NCBI RefSeq assembly: GCF_000143415.4
Contig: NW_003314349.1
Location: 567,172 to 631,171, forward strand
Source: Selaginella moellendorffii
Taxonomy: Eukaryota > Plantae > Lycopodiophyta
DNA length: 64,000 bases
Direction of reading: 5' to 3'
The notes beneath the pieces were generated by a model that searched no databases, was not told where the DNA came from, and saw nothing but the letters and a program-made list of their open reading frames with translations. A program made the position numbers and the translations under genes. Of this stretch, positions 32,393 to 43,632 are shown piece after piece (the first letter of the stretch is position 1; each line of letters starts with the position of its first letter).

Positions 32393-34561
32393 TTATTGTG
32401 TTTGATCGAATGTAAATTGAGGCAAAAGCCTTCGATTAAACAACACATAAGCAGCTCCTCCTTTCGGGTCCAAGCTGAAAAGATCTCTCACTCCTTCTAC
32501 CCCGTCACGGATGTTATTCCACGAACAACTTCCAAGAAAACATCTCAAGTGTAAAGCATCTGGCACAAAAGGCATGCTTGCGATGAGATCTTGAGCAGCA
32601 CCCAAATGCCCAGCACGGCTCAAACCATCGATCACGCAGCAATAGTGTTGCTTTCCTGGATCAAGGCCAAAGTCGAGGATCATAGAGCTAAAGCAGCTCT
32701 TGCAATCGTCCACACTGCCTCCACGACTGCATGCTATGAGAGCAGACACGAAAGAGACTTCGTCCACCAGATCTAGTGTTTTCATCGTATCAAACATTTC
32801 CAATGCACGAGTGGAGTCGCTGCTGTTGGTGAGACCAGCCAAAACAGTGCTCCAAGTTATCACACCGCACTCTGGAGTAGAGTAGAAAACTTTGACAGCT
32901 CTCTCAACTTGTCCACTCTTGACATAAGAAAACAGAAGGACATTCCACGATACCAAGTTCTTGAGTGGCATGCTATCAAACAAGGCCTTGGTTTTGTTGG
33001 TATGCCCGGCCTGGGCATATATAGACAACATAATGTTCCACACTGGTTGATCTTTCCATGGAATTGATATAAAAAACTTCTCAGCGTCATCGACATATGC
33101 ATCCCGGGAATATGCAGCGAGAACACATGTTGAGGATGAAGGGTCGTGTTCTGGCATCAAATCAAAAGCGTTCTTCGCTTCCTCAATTTTCCCAGATTGG
33201 GCATATACATCTAGCATTGAGTTCCAGGATATTATGCTTCTTTCTGTCATTCTTTCGAACAGATCTCTGGCTGGGAGAAGCTTTCCTCTTTGCGTGTAGG
33301 CTGTTAGCATTGTGTTCCAGGTTATGAGGTCTCGATCTGGCATTCCATTGAAAAACTCCCGAGCTCTTTCGAGATTTTCACTCTGCACAAGCGACATGAG
33401 CATCGTATTACACGAAATCACGTCCAGAAACGGCATTTCTCGAAATATACAAGCAGCGTTTTCCAGATGACCTCTTTGAGAATAGGCTGCCAGAATGGCA
33501 TTCCACGACACCAAGTTCTTTTCTGGCATCCAATCGAATATTTCTCTCGCATCCTCGACTCTACCCCTGTGAATATAAGCTGAAAGCATGGCATTTTGAG
33601 AGATCAAGTCATGCTGCGGCATTCTAGCAAAGTAATCCTTTGCCTTCTCCGGATACCCTCGCTGGGCATATGCTGTCAGCATAGACGTCCATGAGGCACT
33701 GTTTGCCTCTGGCATTTCATCAAAAACTTTTTCTGCCCGGGTCAAATCTCCATGCTGTGTGTATGTTGCGAGCATGGTGTTCCAGACTATCAAATCTCTC
33801 TGTGGCATTCTATTATAGAGACCTTCTGCCGCTTCCAAGAAGCCATTCTCGCTATATGCGGCTAACATGGTTGATAGAGAGATCAAGTTGACGGACTCCA
33901 TCTCTTCAAGCATCTTTTGTGCATGGAGTGTTTTTCCACTGTTGCCGTATGCAGATAGCATCGCATTGCAGCAGATTATGTCGTGCATCGGCATTTGGGA
34001 AAAGATTTCCTCGCTAGCTCTAACTTCTCCATTTCGAGCATAAGCAACAGCCAAACTTGTCCAGGAGATCAAACAGTGAAGAGGCATTGCATCAAAATGA
34101 GCTTTTGCCATGTCAAGATGCCCTTGATGGGCATATAACGCAAGGATCATGTTGAAGGAAGAAAGAGTTTTTTGCGGCATCGATTCAAAGAATTCCAAGG
34201 CATCGTTCGCATGACCAACTCCAATGTAGGCATTCAGCATGGAATTCCAGACCACAGCATCCTTGCAAGGCATCTTATCAAAGGTATTCTTCGCATCTTC
34301 CAGATGCCCGTTTCGAGCATATGCCAAAAGCATAAAGCTCCACGAGAAGGAATCCTTTGGATGGAGCGCGTCAAAGGCCTCTCGAGCATCCTTGACACAC
34401 CCAAGCCTTCCATAGAGCTCGACCATCTTATTCTTAAAGATTCTCCCTCCATAGCCGCTCGCATTCTTGATGGATTCGTGGATCACCCGGGCAGTAGCGA
34501 GCGATTTGCAGTGCTGGATTTGCTGGAGGAGATCGGAGCTCGCGATTGAATGGCTGCCCAC
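32393..34561 (-). CDS. PLS-class PPR protein with E1/partial E2 (722 aa); start codon uncertain
   Basis: Long array of 31-aa repeats; HYCCVIDGLSRAGHLGAAQDLIASMPFVPDA; the ORF opens at GTG, first ATG is internal. Confidence 0.9.
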   Translation of the reverse strand: MGSHSIASSDLLQQIQHCKSLATARVIHESIKNASGYGGRIFKNKMVELYGRLGCVKDAREAFDALHPKDSFSWSFMLLAYARNGHLEDAKNTFDKMPCKDAVVWNSMLNAYIGVGHANDALEFFESMPQKTLSSFNMILALYAHQGHLDMAKAHFDAMPLHCLISWTSLAVAYARNGEVRASEEIFSQMPMHDIICCNAMLSAYGNSGKTLHAQKMLEEMESVNLISLSTMLAAYSENGFLEAAEGLYNRMPQRDLIVWNTMLATYTQHGDLTRAEKVFDEMPEANSASWTSMLTAYAQRGYPEKAKDYFARMPQHDLISQNAMLSAYIHRGRVEDAREIFDWMPEKNLVSWNAILAAYSQRGHLENAACIFREMPFLDVISCNTMLMSLVQSENLERAREFFNGMPDRDLITWNTMLTAYTQRGKLLPARDLFERMTERSIISWNSMLDVYAQSGKIEEAKNAFDLMPEHDPSSSTCVLAAYSRDAYVDDAEKFFISIPWKDQPVWNIMLSIYAQAGHTNKTKALFDSMPLKNLVSWNVLLFSYVKSGQVERAVKVFYSTPECGVITWSTVLAGLTNSSDSTRALEMFDTMKTLDLVDEVSFVSALIACSRGGSVDDCKSCFSSMILDFGLDPGKQHYCCVIDGLSRAGHLGAAQDLIASMPFVPDALHLRCFLGSCSWNNIRDGVEGVRDLFSLDPKGGAAYVLFNRRLLPQFTFDQTQ

Positions 34562-34633
34562 TTGATGATCCAGCTTGAAAGACTATGAACTAGGGCGATG
34601 GATTGATCTCCAGGATGGACTACTGGCGGTTGA

Positions 34634-37084
34634 ATGGTCGCCCACGCCCAATCGCTCCGGGCATTCCGAGAAACCGGGCACTTTGCCCAGCTCTTGAAAT
34701 CCTGCGAGGATCTCTGCCATGGCCGATGGATTCACGGCGAGATCCGGCGCAGCGATCACGCAACCAACCTCTTCCTCGCCAACAATCTCATCCAGATGTA
34801 TGGCCGCCATGGTAGCATCGCTGACGCCCACGCCGTCTTTGACGAGATCCGCGAGCCCAATGTCTACTCTTGGAACATCCTCGCGCAGGCCTATCTCCTC
34901 GCCGGAAACACAAGAGAGGCGAAAGCCCTCTTCGATCAAATGCCCGTAAGGGATGCCGTGTCCTGGACCGCATTGCTTGTGACAAATGCCCAGAAAGGGC
35001 ATCTTGGAAATTCCTTGGATCTTTTCCATGAAATGCCTACCAGAGATCTCGTGGCCTGGAACGCCATGATACACGCCATAGCAGAGCATGGAAGCTTGGA
35101 CGAAGCATTAGCAATGTTCCAGAAAATGCCACAGTGGAACTTCTCCTCGTGGAACTCTTTGATTGCAGAATTTGCCAAGAGAGGGCATCTTGGTTCCGCA
35201 AAGGAGGCCTTCGATTCCATGCCGGCGCGCAACGATGTGTCTTGGGCGACCATGGTGGCTGCTATGGCTTCCATCGATCGCTCATTGGACGATGGCAGAT
35301 CTTGCTTCCATCTCATGCCGCAGCACGATCTAGTCTCCTCCTCTGCGATGGCGGTCGCCTTTGCCCGCAATGGAGATCTCTCCCTCGCGAAGAAGATCAT
35401 GGATTCCACGCCGGATCAGAGCACCGCGAGCTGGAACGCCTACCTCGAATCTCTCTCGCAGCGCGGAGATGTCACCGCAGTAGACGCGGCATTCGCAGAG
35501 ATCGCCCAGCGCGATGAGATCAGCTGGACGATCCTGCTCAAGACGCATCGCGAGGATCTGGGCGAGGCAGAATCGATCCACGCGCGCATGCCGAGCTGCA
35601 ATGCGGTGTCGTCCACGCTCATGATCTCGGCCTATGCGGAGCACGGGCACCTGGAAGAAGCGATTCGCGAATTCGATTGCATGCCGGATCGATCGATCGT
35701 GTCGTGGAACGCGATGATCCGGGCATTCGTGGATTGCGGCGAGAGCTTGCAGGAGGCTAAGCGCGTGTTTGATATGATGCCCACGCGAGACATTGTCTCG
35801 TGGAACTCCATAGCCCAGGCATATTCCGATCGAGGGTATCTAAGCGAGGGAAGATTCCTCTTTGCGATCATGCCAGCGTGGAATACCATCACTTGGACGG
35901 TCCTGATCTGCGCAAATGCCGAGAACGGGTATATTGAGCAAGCACGGAGAGTGTTTACTTCCGTACAAGACGAGAGCGTTGTCACGTCCACGGCGATGAT
36001 CAAAGCGTACGGGATAAATGGCTGTGACGCGAAGGCTTGGAGGGTGTTCATTGAGATGAGAGAGAGAAATGTGGTGTCTTGGACTGCTTTGATTGGAGCA
36101 AATGCCTTGTGTGGTCATTTGGATGAGGCAAAGTTGGTTTTTAGCAAGATGCCTTGTTGGGATTTGGTCTCGTTCGATTGCATGCTTGGAGCTCATGCGA
36201 ACCAGCTCGAGGTCGAGAAGTGTGTGGAGATCTTTGAAACTATGCCTCCCCGGAGCATCATCTCCTGGAACGCTTTGCTTGCTGCGTATGCGCTGGATAG
36301 TCTCGTGGAGCTCACCAAGTGGACGTTCTCCAAGATGCCCAAGTGGAGCATCGTGTCGTGGAACCTTGTGATGCAAATCTTTGGCCACAATGGACTGGTG
36401 GACGAAGCTCGAGCAATGTTTGAGAGCATTCCCAATCGCAACATCATGACTTGGAACGCGATTGTTGCTGCTTATGCCTCAAACGGACAGGGCCGCGTTG
36501 GGATCGAGCTTTGTACGAGGATGTTGGTCGAAGGACTCCGCCCGGACAACACCATCTTCATAAGCATCCTCTCGGCTTGCAGCCATGTCGGGCTCTTGGA
36601 TCAAGGCTTGAGCTTCTTTACGTCCATGATCCGCGACTTTGATCTTACTCCAGCCAAGGAACACTACTGCTGCATGGTGGACATTCTCGGCCGTGCCGGG
36701 CAGCTAGCCAGAGCCGAGGAGCTCATCGAGACGATGCCATATCTCCCGGACGCGGTAACTTGGTGCACGCTCTTGGGAGCTTGCAAGCTTCACCAGGATG
36801 TTACTCGAGCGGATCGAGCGGCAAAGCTCGTGTTCAAGCTGGATCCAGAGAACGCCGCGTCCTACATCGCGCTGGCTTGCATCTACGCCGAGCTTCGCAG
36901 GAAAGAAGACGAGGTTGCGATACGAAAAGCCATGAGAAGAAAAGGCCTGGCAAAGCGACCGGGCGCCTCGTTTCTTTGTTTGGAATTCGAGGCTACACAG
37001 CAAGGATATCATGGCTTTTGCGATTCGGACAGACTTCCGGCCGCCTCACAATGTATATCTGATCTCCAACGTGGTTCTCGCTGA
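34634..37084 (+). CDS. PLS-class PPR protein with E1-E2-E+ extension, no DYW (816 aa)
   Basis: EHYCCMVDILGRAGQLARAEELIETMPYLPDAVTWCTLLGACKLH..LDPENAASYIALACIYA..MRRKGLAKRPGAS. Confidence 0.95.
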   Translation: MVAHAQSLRAFRETGHFAQLLKSCEDLCHGRWIHGEIRRSDHATNLFLANNLIQMYGRHGSIADAHAVFDEIREPNVYSWNILAQAYLLAGNTREAKALFDQMPVRDAVSWTALLVTNAQKGHLGNSLDLFHEMPTRDLVAWNAMIHAIAEHGSLDEALAMFQKMPQWNFSSWNSLIAEFAKRGHLGSAKEAFDSMPARNDVSWATMVAAMASIDRSLDDGRSCFHLMPQHDLVSSSAMAVAFARNGDLSLAKKIMDSTPDQSTASWNAYLESLSQRGDVTAVDAAFAEIAQRDEISWTILLKTHREDLGEAESIHARMPSCNAVSSTLMISAYAEHGHLEEAIREFDCMPDRSIVSWNAMIRAFVDCGESLQEAKRVFDMMPTRDIVSWNSIAQAYSDRGYLSEGRFLFAIMPAWNTITWTVLICANAENGYIEQARRVFTSVQDESVVTSTAMIKAYGINGCDAKAWRVFIEMRERNVVSWTALIGANALCGHLDEAKLVFSKMPCWDLVSFDCMLGAHANQLEVEKCVEIFETMPPRSIISWNALLAAYALDSLVELTKWTFSKMPKWSIVSWNLVMQIFGHNGLVDEARAMFESIPNRNIMTWNAIVAAYASNGQGRVGIELCTRMLVEGLRPDNTIFISILSACSHVGLLDQGLSFFTSMIRDFDLTPAKEHYCCMVDILGRAGQLARAEELIETMPYLPDAVTWCTLLGACKLHQDVTRADRAAKLVFKLDPENAASYIALACIYAELRRKEDEVAIRKAMRRKGLAKRPGASFLCLEFEATQQGYHGFCDSDRLPAASQCISDLQRGSR

Positions 37085-39011
37085 GATAAGTGTCTTGATT
37101 CCTATGCCAAGTCCAGAGTGCTCGAGTTGGGCTCTCGATCTACAATCCATGAAATGCAGATCATTAGCCGATGATCAAGCAAGATAGGCAGAGAACTCTC
37201 TTACCTCGAGGATTCCATGGCCGAAGCTGCTGTCCCGGAACGCACTCCAATCCGGTTGTCTGTCCCAGCAAAACTTTCCAGCTGCCGGACCAGATGTGAA
37301 GTTGAATCCACAGTACTCATACGGGACTCCAACGGGATCCGGCGTTGACTCGGGCTTGGGACAAGCCCCCGGATCGTCAGCGTGCTTGATCGCCATGCCT
37401 TCCCTGTTGCCGCCATCGCCGACCGTGATGAACAGCGGCGCGCACCGGTCATACTCGTAGTTGTAGACGAGATTCATGCGCTCGTAGGCGTGAACCTGTT
37501 AGTCAAACGTGTTGGTCAAAGAAAGAAAAGACAGGCTTGACTACTTACATGCCCAGAGAACACAATGTCAACTCCAAATTTGTACAAGAGATCCTCCATT
37601 GACTGCCTCATACACTCGGCTTCCCGGTAGTGGGATTTGTAACTGTTGTACCAAGGTTGATGGAACGCTACAATAAGCCATGGCGTTTCCTCCCGGTCAA
37701 CGCTCATGAGGTCCTTCTCGAGCCACGCATACTGTTGACCTGGAGCAAAAGGTCAGCCGAAAGTCATCTCTAGTCAATGGTAAGTCAGTTACTTGAATTG
37801 CTGTAGTCGATGTAGCCTCCCAGCATGATAAAATGCGCTCCTCCGGCATTGAACGAGTAGTACATCTTTGTGGGCGAGCCGCTTTCGCGGTATGGAACCG
37901 CGAAGCGTGCGTTGTAGGCGACAAAGGTGTTGTTTTGGGCTTGGAGCTCGTATTCGTGATTGCCCTCGATCACCATGGTTGGAACTTTGGATCTCAGACT
38001 TTGGAGATATCTGCAAGAAAAGTTCCAAAGTTGTAGTAAGACGAAGAGCTTTGGCGATCGATTGTGAAGGAAACACTTGCCTTCCCCAGTAGTCCCACCG
38101 AGGTTGATACGTCTCGTGAATCGGCGTCTCCGGGAACGCGCACTTGTAGCACGAAGATCCTGTCCCGTTTGTGACGTAAAGATTGGCGTAGCTCAAATCG
38201 CCCAAGAACACATTCAAGTCGGGCTTGTTTCTCTGGAGGTGACAAATGGTCGAGGTTGTGTTGTACGTAAGGCCCAGATCACCAACAATCGCGATGCGCT
38301 TGGGGTAAAAGTATGGTCCTTTCGCAGGCAGTGTTGTGAACGAGTAAACAGGACTCATGGCTTTGGCAAAAGGATCTCCACATCGGTAGTAGTACGTCGT
38401 GCTGGACTTTAATCCTGTGAGAAAACCAAGATCAGTATGGTCAATCACTAGCTGATTGTTTTCAAGGAAAGGAAGAGAAAGAACCTTGCAATTTGACATG
38501 ATGGATGATTCCTGATGTATAATTGTTGAGTCCCTTGTAAGGATAGAGCTGGCTATAGACCGAAGCTTTGCCAACAGCAAAGTGGTCTAGCTTGAAGATT
38601 CCATACTCAACGACGCTCTTGATGAGCGAAGGATTGAGCGGCGTCACGTCCTGTCCGACTTGAAACTCTCCTGATTCATCGAAACCACGTTAGTCGATCA
38701 AAACCCTGCAAATCTTTGCTCCATTCCATACCTGTGATCCATGACACAAACATGGAGCTGGAGTCCGTCCCTTGCGCCAAAGCGATTTGCTCGGGGTGGA
38801 ATCCTGGAACGATCTTGGCGAGGCGAGGATCATTGTTGGGCAGATCATCGCTCCCGATTGGGAGGCGCTCGTCGAGAGCAACAGTCACTGGATCGAAGGG
38901 TCCGTCAGCCGTACTTGGAATCGTCCTCAGCTTGGCGAGATTTTTTGCTGGAGACAAGAGTGCCAGGAACACTACAAAAATCGTCCACCATGGACGGGAC
39001 AGCAAAACCAT
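36993..39011 (-). CDS. Purple acid phosphatase, phytase-type (PAP15/PAP23-like), secreted, multi-exon
   Basis: Signal peptide; IPSTADGPFDPVT..PEQIAL; metal motifs GDLG, GDLSY, GNHE, FSGHVHAYER; FGHGILE/IESPTRALWTWHRNQD..GDQIYIVRRPEVC; TAG at 36993-36995. Confidence 0.93.
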
Positions 39012-39073
39012 TTTTCTTCCTTGCAGTACAACACCGTATATTTATAATTGGGCACAAAAAGGGATTTGACGAA

Positions 39074-39360
39074 TATCCTCTAGATCCTACGAATAGCCTC
39101 TCCATCCAAACTTGGAGTGGTCTCCACCATTTCCTGGCGAATGCTTGTACGCTCCACAAGCAACGCCAGGCGCAGGAGCTGCAAAACTGTCGCTGTATTT
39201 CTTCCAGGATTCTCATCGTTCCTCGTGAGCAAGCTTTGGATTAACGCATACCATGATGGAGATGGCGGAGGGCATTCGATCCTGCCACAGCCTCCCCGAT
39301 ATCCATATTCGAATGCAGCACTTGCACACGCCCGGGGACGTAAGCTTATCGAGATGTATC
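39074..39360 (+). pseudogene. Truncated copy of the upstream region and first codons of the PPR at 40531
   Basis: Matches ~40348-40665 (gaatgcttgtacgct..; EGIR..SCHSL..DIHIRMQHLHTPGDV). Confidence 0.88.
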
Positions 39361-40530
39361 CAAGACGATGCTACATTTTGGAATTTTAGACCGGCTTTCG
39401 GACTGACTGACAAACATGATTTACTTGAAACCCCAGCTGGCTCGAAAAATCAGCCGTTTAACGTTTGTCAAGACGCTCAAGGCAAGAGCTCAAAGCATTC
39501 CAATATAGAAAGTGATGTCAGATGTGAATGTTTTGAAGCATTTTTTATTGTACTTCTCAAGGCAAGTGATCCAAATGTCTTATGTGAGGAGTGAAATTTA
39601 GTATGAATTTTTTAAATATTAATTCAATATCTGTTTTTATCTTTGTACGTTTAAGAATGATAAATGAAATGATTCAATAGAAGAATTTTCTTGTTTTGGT
39701 GCTTCTTAAGATGGACTTTTATGCTTATTTTGGAGGATAGAGTAAAAAAGTTAAAATAATCAAATGAAATTTATTTTGGTGTTTACGTAACCATCACGGT
39801 GTTTAAGTAATAATTGTAAGAATTTCAAATGACATTTCCCCAAAGACCATGATATAAATAATTGTTGGAACTTTTGGATCTTCTCTCATAAGCAACTGTA
39901 ATAAAGTTCAGGGATCTTATCTTCTAGATGGAACTCAGTAATGGACTATACTAACAAAGGATTGCAAACTAGTGTTAATTAGCAAAGGGACGGTGTGGTT
40001 TTGTAGAGTAGTGATCATCCTTATAATTCTGCTGATGGATGTTTTGCACATCTGCAAACTTGTTTTTACAAATATTTTTTTGGGAGAGTTTAGTAGGGAG
40101 TGTATTCATTTATAACTTAGAAACTCAAAAAGTGTATGGAATTGTGATGCTTTTAGAATGGATTAATTGACTAGGTACGAATACAATCTTAGTACATATT
40201 CTAATATGTTACTATGCTTTGTTTGAAGAAAAACTTGGTTTGCTTGTTTATTTTATTGATTTATATTTTTTAGTGTCCTAATAATTAATCTTATATTTTC
40301 TTTGTTTTATTGTCTTAAGACATGTATTATTATTTGCTGGCTGGTAGTATCCTTTAGATTCTACGAATATCCTCTCCATTCAAACGCGTTGACTAGGGCT
40401 GTTTCCACGCGAATGCTTGTACGCTTCGCAAACGCCAGGCGCAAGAGCTGCAAAACTGGCGCTGTATTTCTTCCAGGATTCCCATCGTTTCTCGTGAGGC
40501 AAGCTTTGGATTCACGCAGACCATGAAGCG

Positions 40531-42708
40531 ATGGAGCGGGAGGAGGGCATTCGACTCATGCAATCCTGCCACAGCCTCGCTCGGGCGAAAGATATTCATA
40601 TACGAATCCAGCACTTGCACACGCCCGGGGACGTGTTCTTCTCCAACAAGCTCATCGAGATGTATGGGCGGTGTGGATGCCCGCAGCGGGCACGCAAGAT
40701 CTTCAACGCCATGGACGCCAGGAACTCTTTCACCTGGGAGCTCATGTTGGCTGCCTATGCCCGGGACCGGCAGCTCGAGAACGCGCGGGGGATTTTCGAT
40801 GCCATGCCGGAGAGGCTGCTTTTCTCCTGGACTGTCATGGTATCAGCATATGCCCAATCCGGGCATCTGGACGAGGCTAAACGAGTGTTTGATGCCATGG
40901 AAACAAGGAATTTGGTGTCATGGACTTCTCTCTTGGTGGCGTACGCAGAACACGGGCGACTTAAAGAAGCTAGAAGAATTTTTGATCAAATGCCCAAGCT
41001 AGATCTTATAGCCTGGAATGCGATGATGGCTGCATATGCCCAAAACGGGCATATGCCCATCGCGAAGAAAATTTTCAGTATCATGCCTCAGAGAAACTTG
41101 ATCACTTGGAGCACAATGCTTGCAGCTCTAGCGCAAGATGGTAATTCAGATCTAGCAAAAGCTTTGTTTGATGACATGCCAGAACGCAATCTCGTCTGCT
41201 GGAACACACTCCTTTCTGCATATGCCCAAAACGGGCATCTTGTTGAGGCGGCAAAGCTGTTTCATGAGATCCCACTCCGATGCTCAGTCTCCTGGAACGT
41301 AATGCTGGGTGCTTATGCCGAGCATGGTTTCGTGGAGGAAGCTCAAGAACTCTTCGCTAAAATGCCAGTTCGAAATCTGGTATCGTCAACAGCGATGCTG
41401 GGAGTTTATGCTCACAGCGGTCGTGTTGCCGAGGCCAAGGCTCTCTTTGATGGGCTTCCAGAGAGAGACATGGTGGCAAACACAGCAATTCTTTCCTCGT
41501 TTGCTGCGAATGGTTTCACGGACGAAGCCGAGCTTATGTTTGTGGAATCCATGCCACAGTGGGATGCCGTCTCGTCCAACGTGATGATCGGGCTCTACGC
41601 TTGGCACGGCCGGATCGACGATGCCAAGAGGGTCTTCGAGGACATGCCACAGAGAGACTCCAAATCGAGCGACACGATGCTGGCGGGCTTGATCCATGCT
41701 CGAGACGTCGATGCAGCAAAAGTTTTGCTCCAGGAGATGCCGCATTGGAGCTTGATCCAGGCCACCGAGATGCTCAAGCTCTTCTCGTCGGCGTCTAGAT
41801 TTGACGAGGCGAAGTTGGTGTTTGATGCCATGGCCGAGCATGACTCCATCAGCGGGACTGCCATGCTTGCTGCATATACCGCTTGTGGGGATCTCGCAAA
41901 CGCAAAGGAAAGCTTTGATGCTCTGCCCGAGCAAGATATTGTTTCATGGTCGGCTCTCTTATCGGCGTATGCTCGAGCAGGCCATGTAGAGGAAGCAAAG
42001 TGTGTCTTTGACACCATGCCCGAGAGGGACACAGTGGCTTGGAGTTCCATGGCGGCAGCATATGCCCAAAACGGGCATCTGTTGGAAGCTAGAGTTTTGC
42101 TCAGGGAGATGCCCGAGTGGGACATGGTGTCGTGGACGGCGGTGCTGGCCGGCTATGGGCAGAACGGGCATATCGGCGTCGCCAAGAGGATGTTCGATGG
42201 TATGCCCAGTCGTGACTCGGTAGCATGGAGCGCAATGCTGGTGGTGAGCGCTTTGAACGGGAGATTCGACCAAGTCTTTCGTGTCATGGACGAGATGGTG
42301 ACGGTGGAGAGGCCGGATCCGGTGTGCTTCATCGTCCATCTCTTGGCTTGCGCTCACTTTGGAAGAGTTTACGCTGGGAGGTGCTGCTTTGTGTCGATGA
42401 GCCAGGACTATGGTCTCAACCCCGCGAAGCAGCACTTCTCGTGCATGGTGGACCTGTTGAGCCGCGGGGGATACCTGCAAGACGCGAGGGATCTGATCAT
42501 CAGCATGCCTTTCGAGCCGGATGTTCTGGAGTGGAGATCGCTGCTTGGAGCTTGCAGCAGCTTCAAGCAACTCAACCATGGGACACTGGCGGCCAAGAGT
42601 GTGATGGATTTGAGTCCAAAGGACTCGGCTGGTTACGTGCTCCTGGCAAACATCTTTCAGGAGAATAGCTTACGGAGGCTAAGCCGACGGCGTGTCTTGA
42701 TCGCTTGA
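40531..42708 (+). CDS. PLS-class PPR protein with E1-E2 (725 aa), no DYW
   Basis: Short PPR repeats; HFSCMVDLLSRGGYLQDARDLIISMPFEPDVLEWRSLLGAC..SAGYVLLANIF. Confidence 0.95.
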   Translation: MEREEGIRLMQSCHSLARAKDIHIRIQHLHTPGDVFFSNKLIEMYGRCGCPQRARKIFNAMDARNSFTWELMLAAYARDRQLENARGIFDAMPERLLFSWTVMVSAYAQSGHLDEAKRVFDAMETRNLVSWTSLLVAYAEHGRLKEARRIFDQMPKLDLIAWNAMMAAYAQNGHMPIAKKIFSIMPQRNLITWSTMLAALAQDGNSDLAKALFDDMPERNLVCWNTLLSAYAQNGHLVEAAKLFHEIPLRCSVSWNVMLGAYAEHGFVEEAQELFAKMPVRNLVSSTAMLGVYAHSGRVAEAKALFDGLPERDMVANTAILSSFAANGFTDEAELMFVESMPQWDAVSSNVMIGLYAWHGRIDDAKRVFEDMPQRDSKSSDTMLAGLIHARDVDAAKVLLQEMPHWSLIQATEMLKLFSSASRFDEAKLVFDAMAEHDSISGTAMLAAYTACGDLANAKESFDALPEQDIVSWSALLSAYARAGHVEEAKCVFDTMPERDTVAWSSMAAAYAQNGHLLEARVLLREMPEWDMVSWTAVLAGYGQNGHIGVAKRMFDGMPSRDSVAWSAMLVVSALNGRFDQVFRVMDEMVTVERPDPVCFIVHLLACAHFGRVYAGRCCFVSMSQDYGLNPAKQHFSCMVDLLSRGGYLQDARDLIISMPFEPDVLEWRSLLGACSSFKQLNHGTLAAKSVMDLSPKDSAGYVLLANIFQENSLRRLSRRRVLIA

Positions 42709-43364
42709 TGGTGGTGGTGGTGGCGATGGTGCTGCCACTGCCGGAGTAAGAGCTCTCCTTGCCGAGCGCAAGAGGTTTCTCCTGGAAAAAGGAAGGAAAT
42801 GGTCTCCAGATGCTCGAGAAAAAACGATTTTTGGGAGCTCTCACCTCTTAACTTTCATGTAGGGGCAGGCTCGTACGATGCCTGTGTAGTCGCTCCTTTT
42901 CACCGGAACCTGGAGAGAAGGAAGATCGCACGAGTGTCTCAATCGAGAAGAGAGCGAAGTTTTTCGTAGCGAACCAGTTTCGAGAGACGCTTCCTACGCT
43001 TGGAATTCTTCTTCACCAGGAGATGCTGCTTGCCAGCCCTCCTGCGCATCAAAATGCCGCCTCCAGTCACCTTGAAACGCTTTGCCGAGGCCTTGAGAAG
43101 CAATCAAAGCAGCGTTTCTCAAGCGTTTCTCAAGTGGTTCTCTAAACAAGAAAGAGATTCGACACGGACCTTGTGAGTCTTGAGCTTGCTGACCGTGGTA
43201 GCGACGCGAGAAATGCTCTGCTGCTGCTTGATTGGAGCGAAAGAATGGTGCCTGGCCAAGCTGAGGCCCCTGAAAGCCGAGCACAGACCTCCAGCGCTAG
43301 CGGTAGTGGGAGGAGGCCTAGCGAAGACGCTGGAAGGCGAGCAAACGAAAGAGGAGGCCGCCAT
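42679..43364 (-). CDS. RPL35: Plastid ribosomal protein L35 (bL35c) with transit peptide
   Basis: KLKTHK/ASAKRFKVTGGGILMRRRAGKQHLLVKKNSKRRKRLSKL/VPVKRSDYTGIVRACPYMKV; ends at 42679 if the last ~62-bp intron is spliced, otherwise at 42841. Confidence 0.9.
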
Positions 43365-43632
43365 AACCCTATCTCCAAATGCGAGAGTATATTCCCATGC
43401 ATCTTTTCAAAATGTTTCTTTTACGCTAAACCATATTACAAAAATACTCTTTCTGAAAATTTAATATAAAATTTGAGTGCCACCAACTGAAAATCTGTAA
43501 GATTTATCTTAGTCATTTAGATCTGAGCAATTGGTTGGGCTGTTGGTTATTTGAATTATGGTAATCCTTTCTTAAAGCGTCCCAATATTTAAGTTTAGTC
43601 TCTAGATACTTGACAATATTCTAAAACTATTA

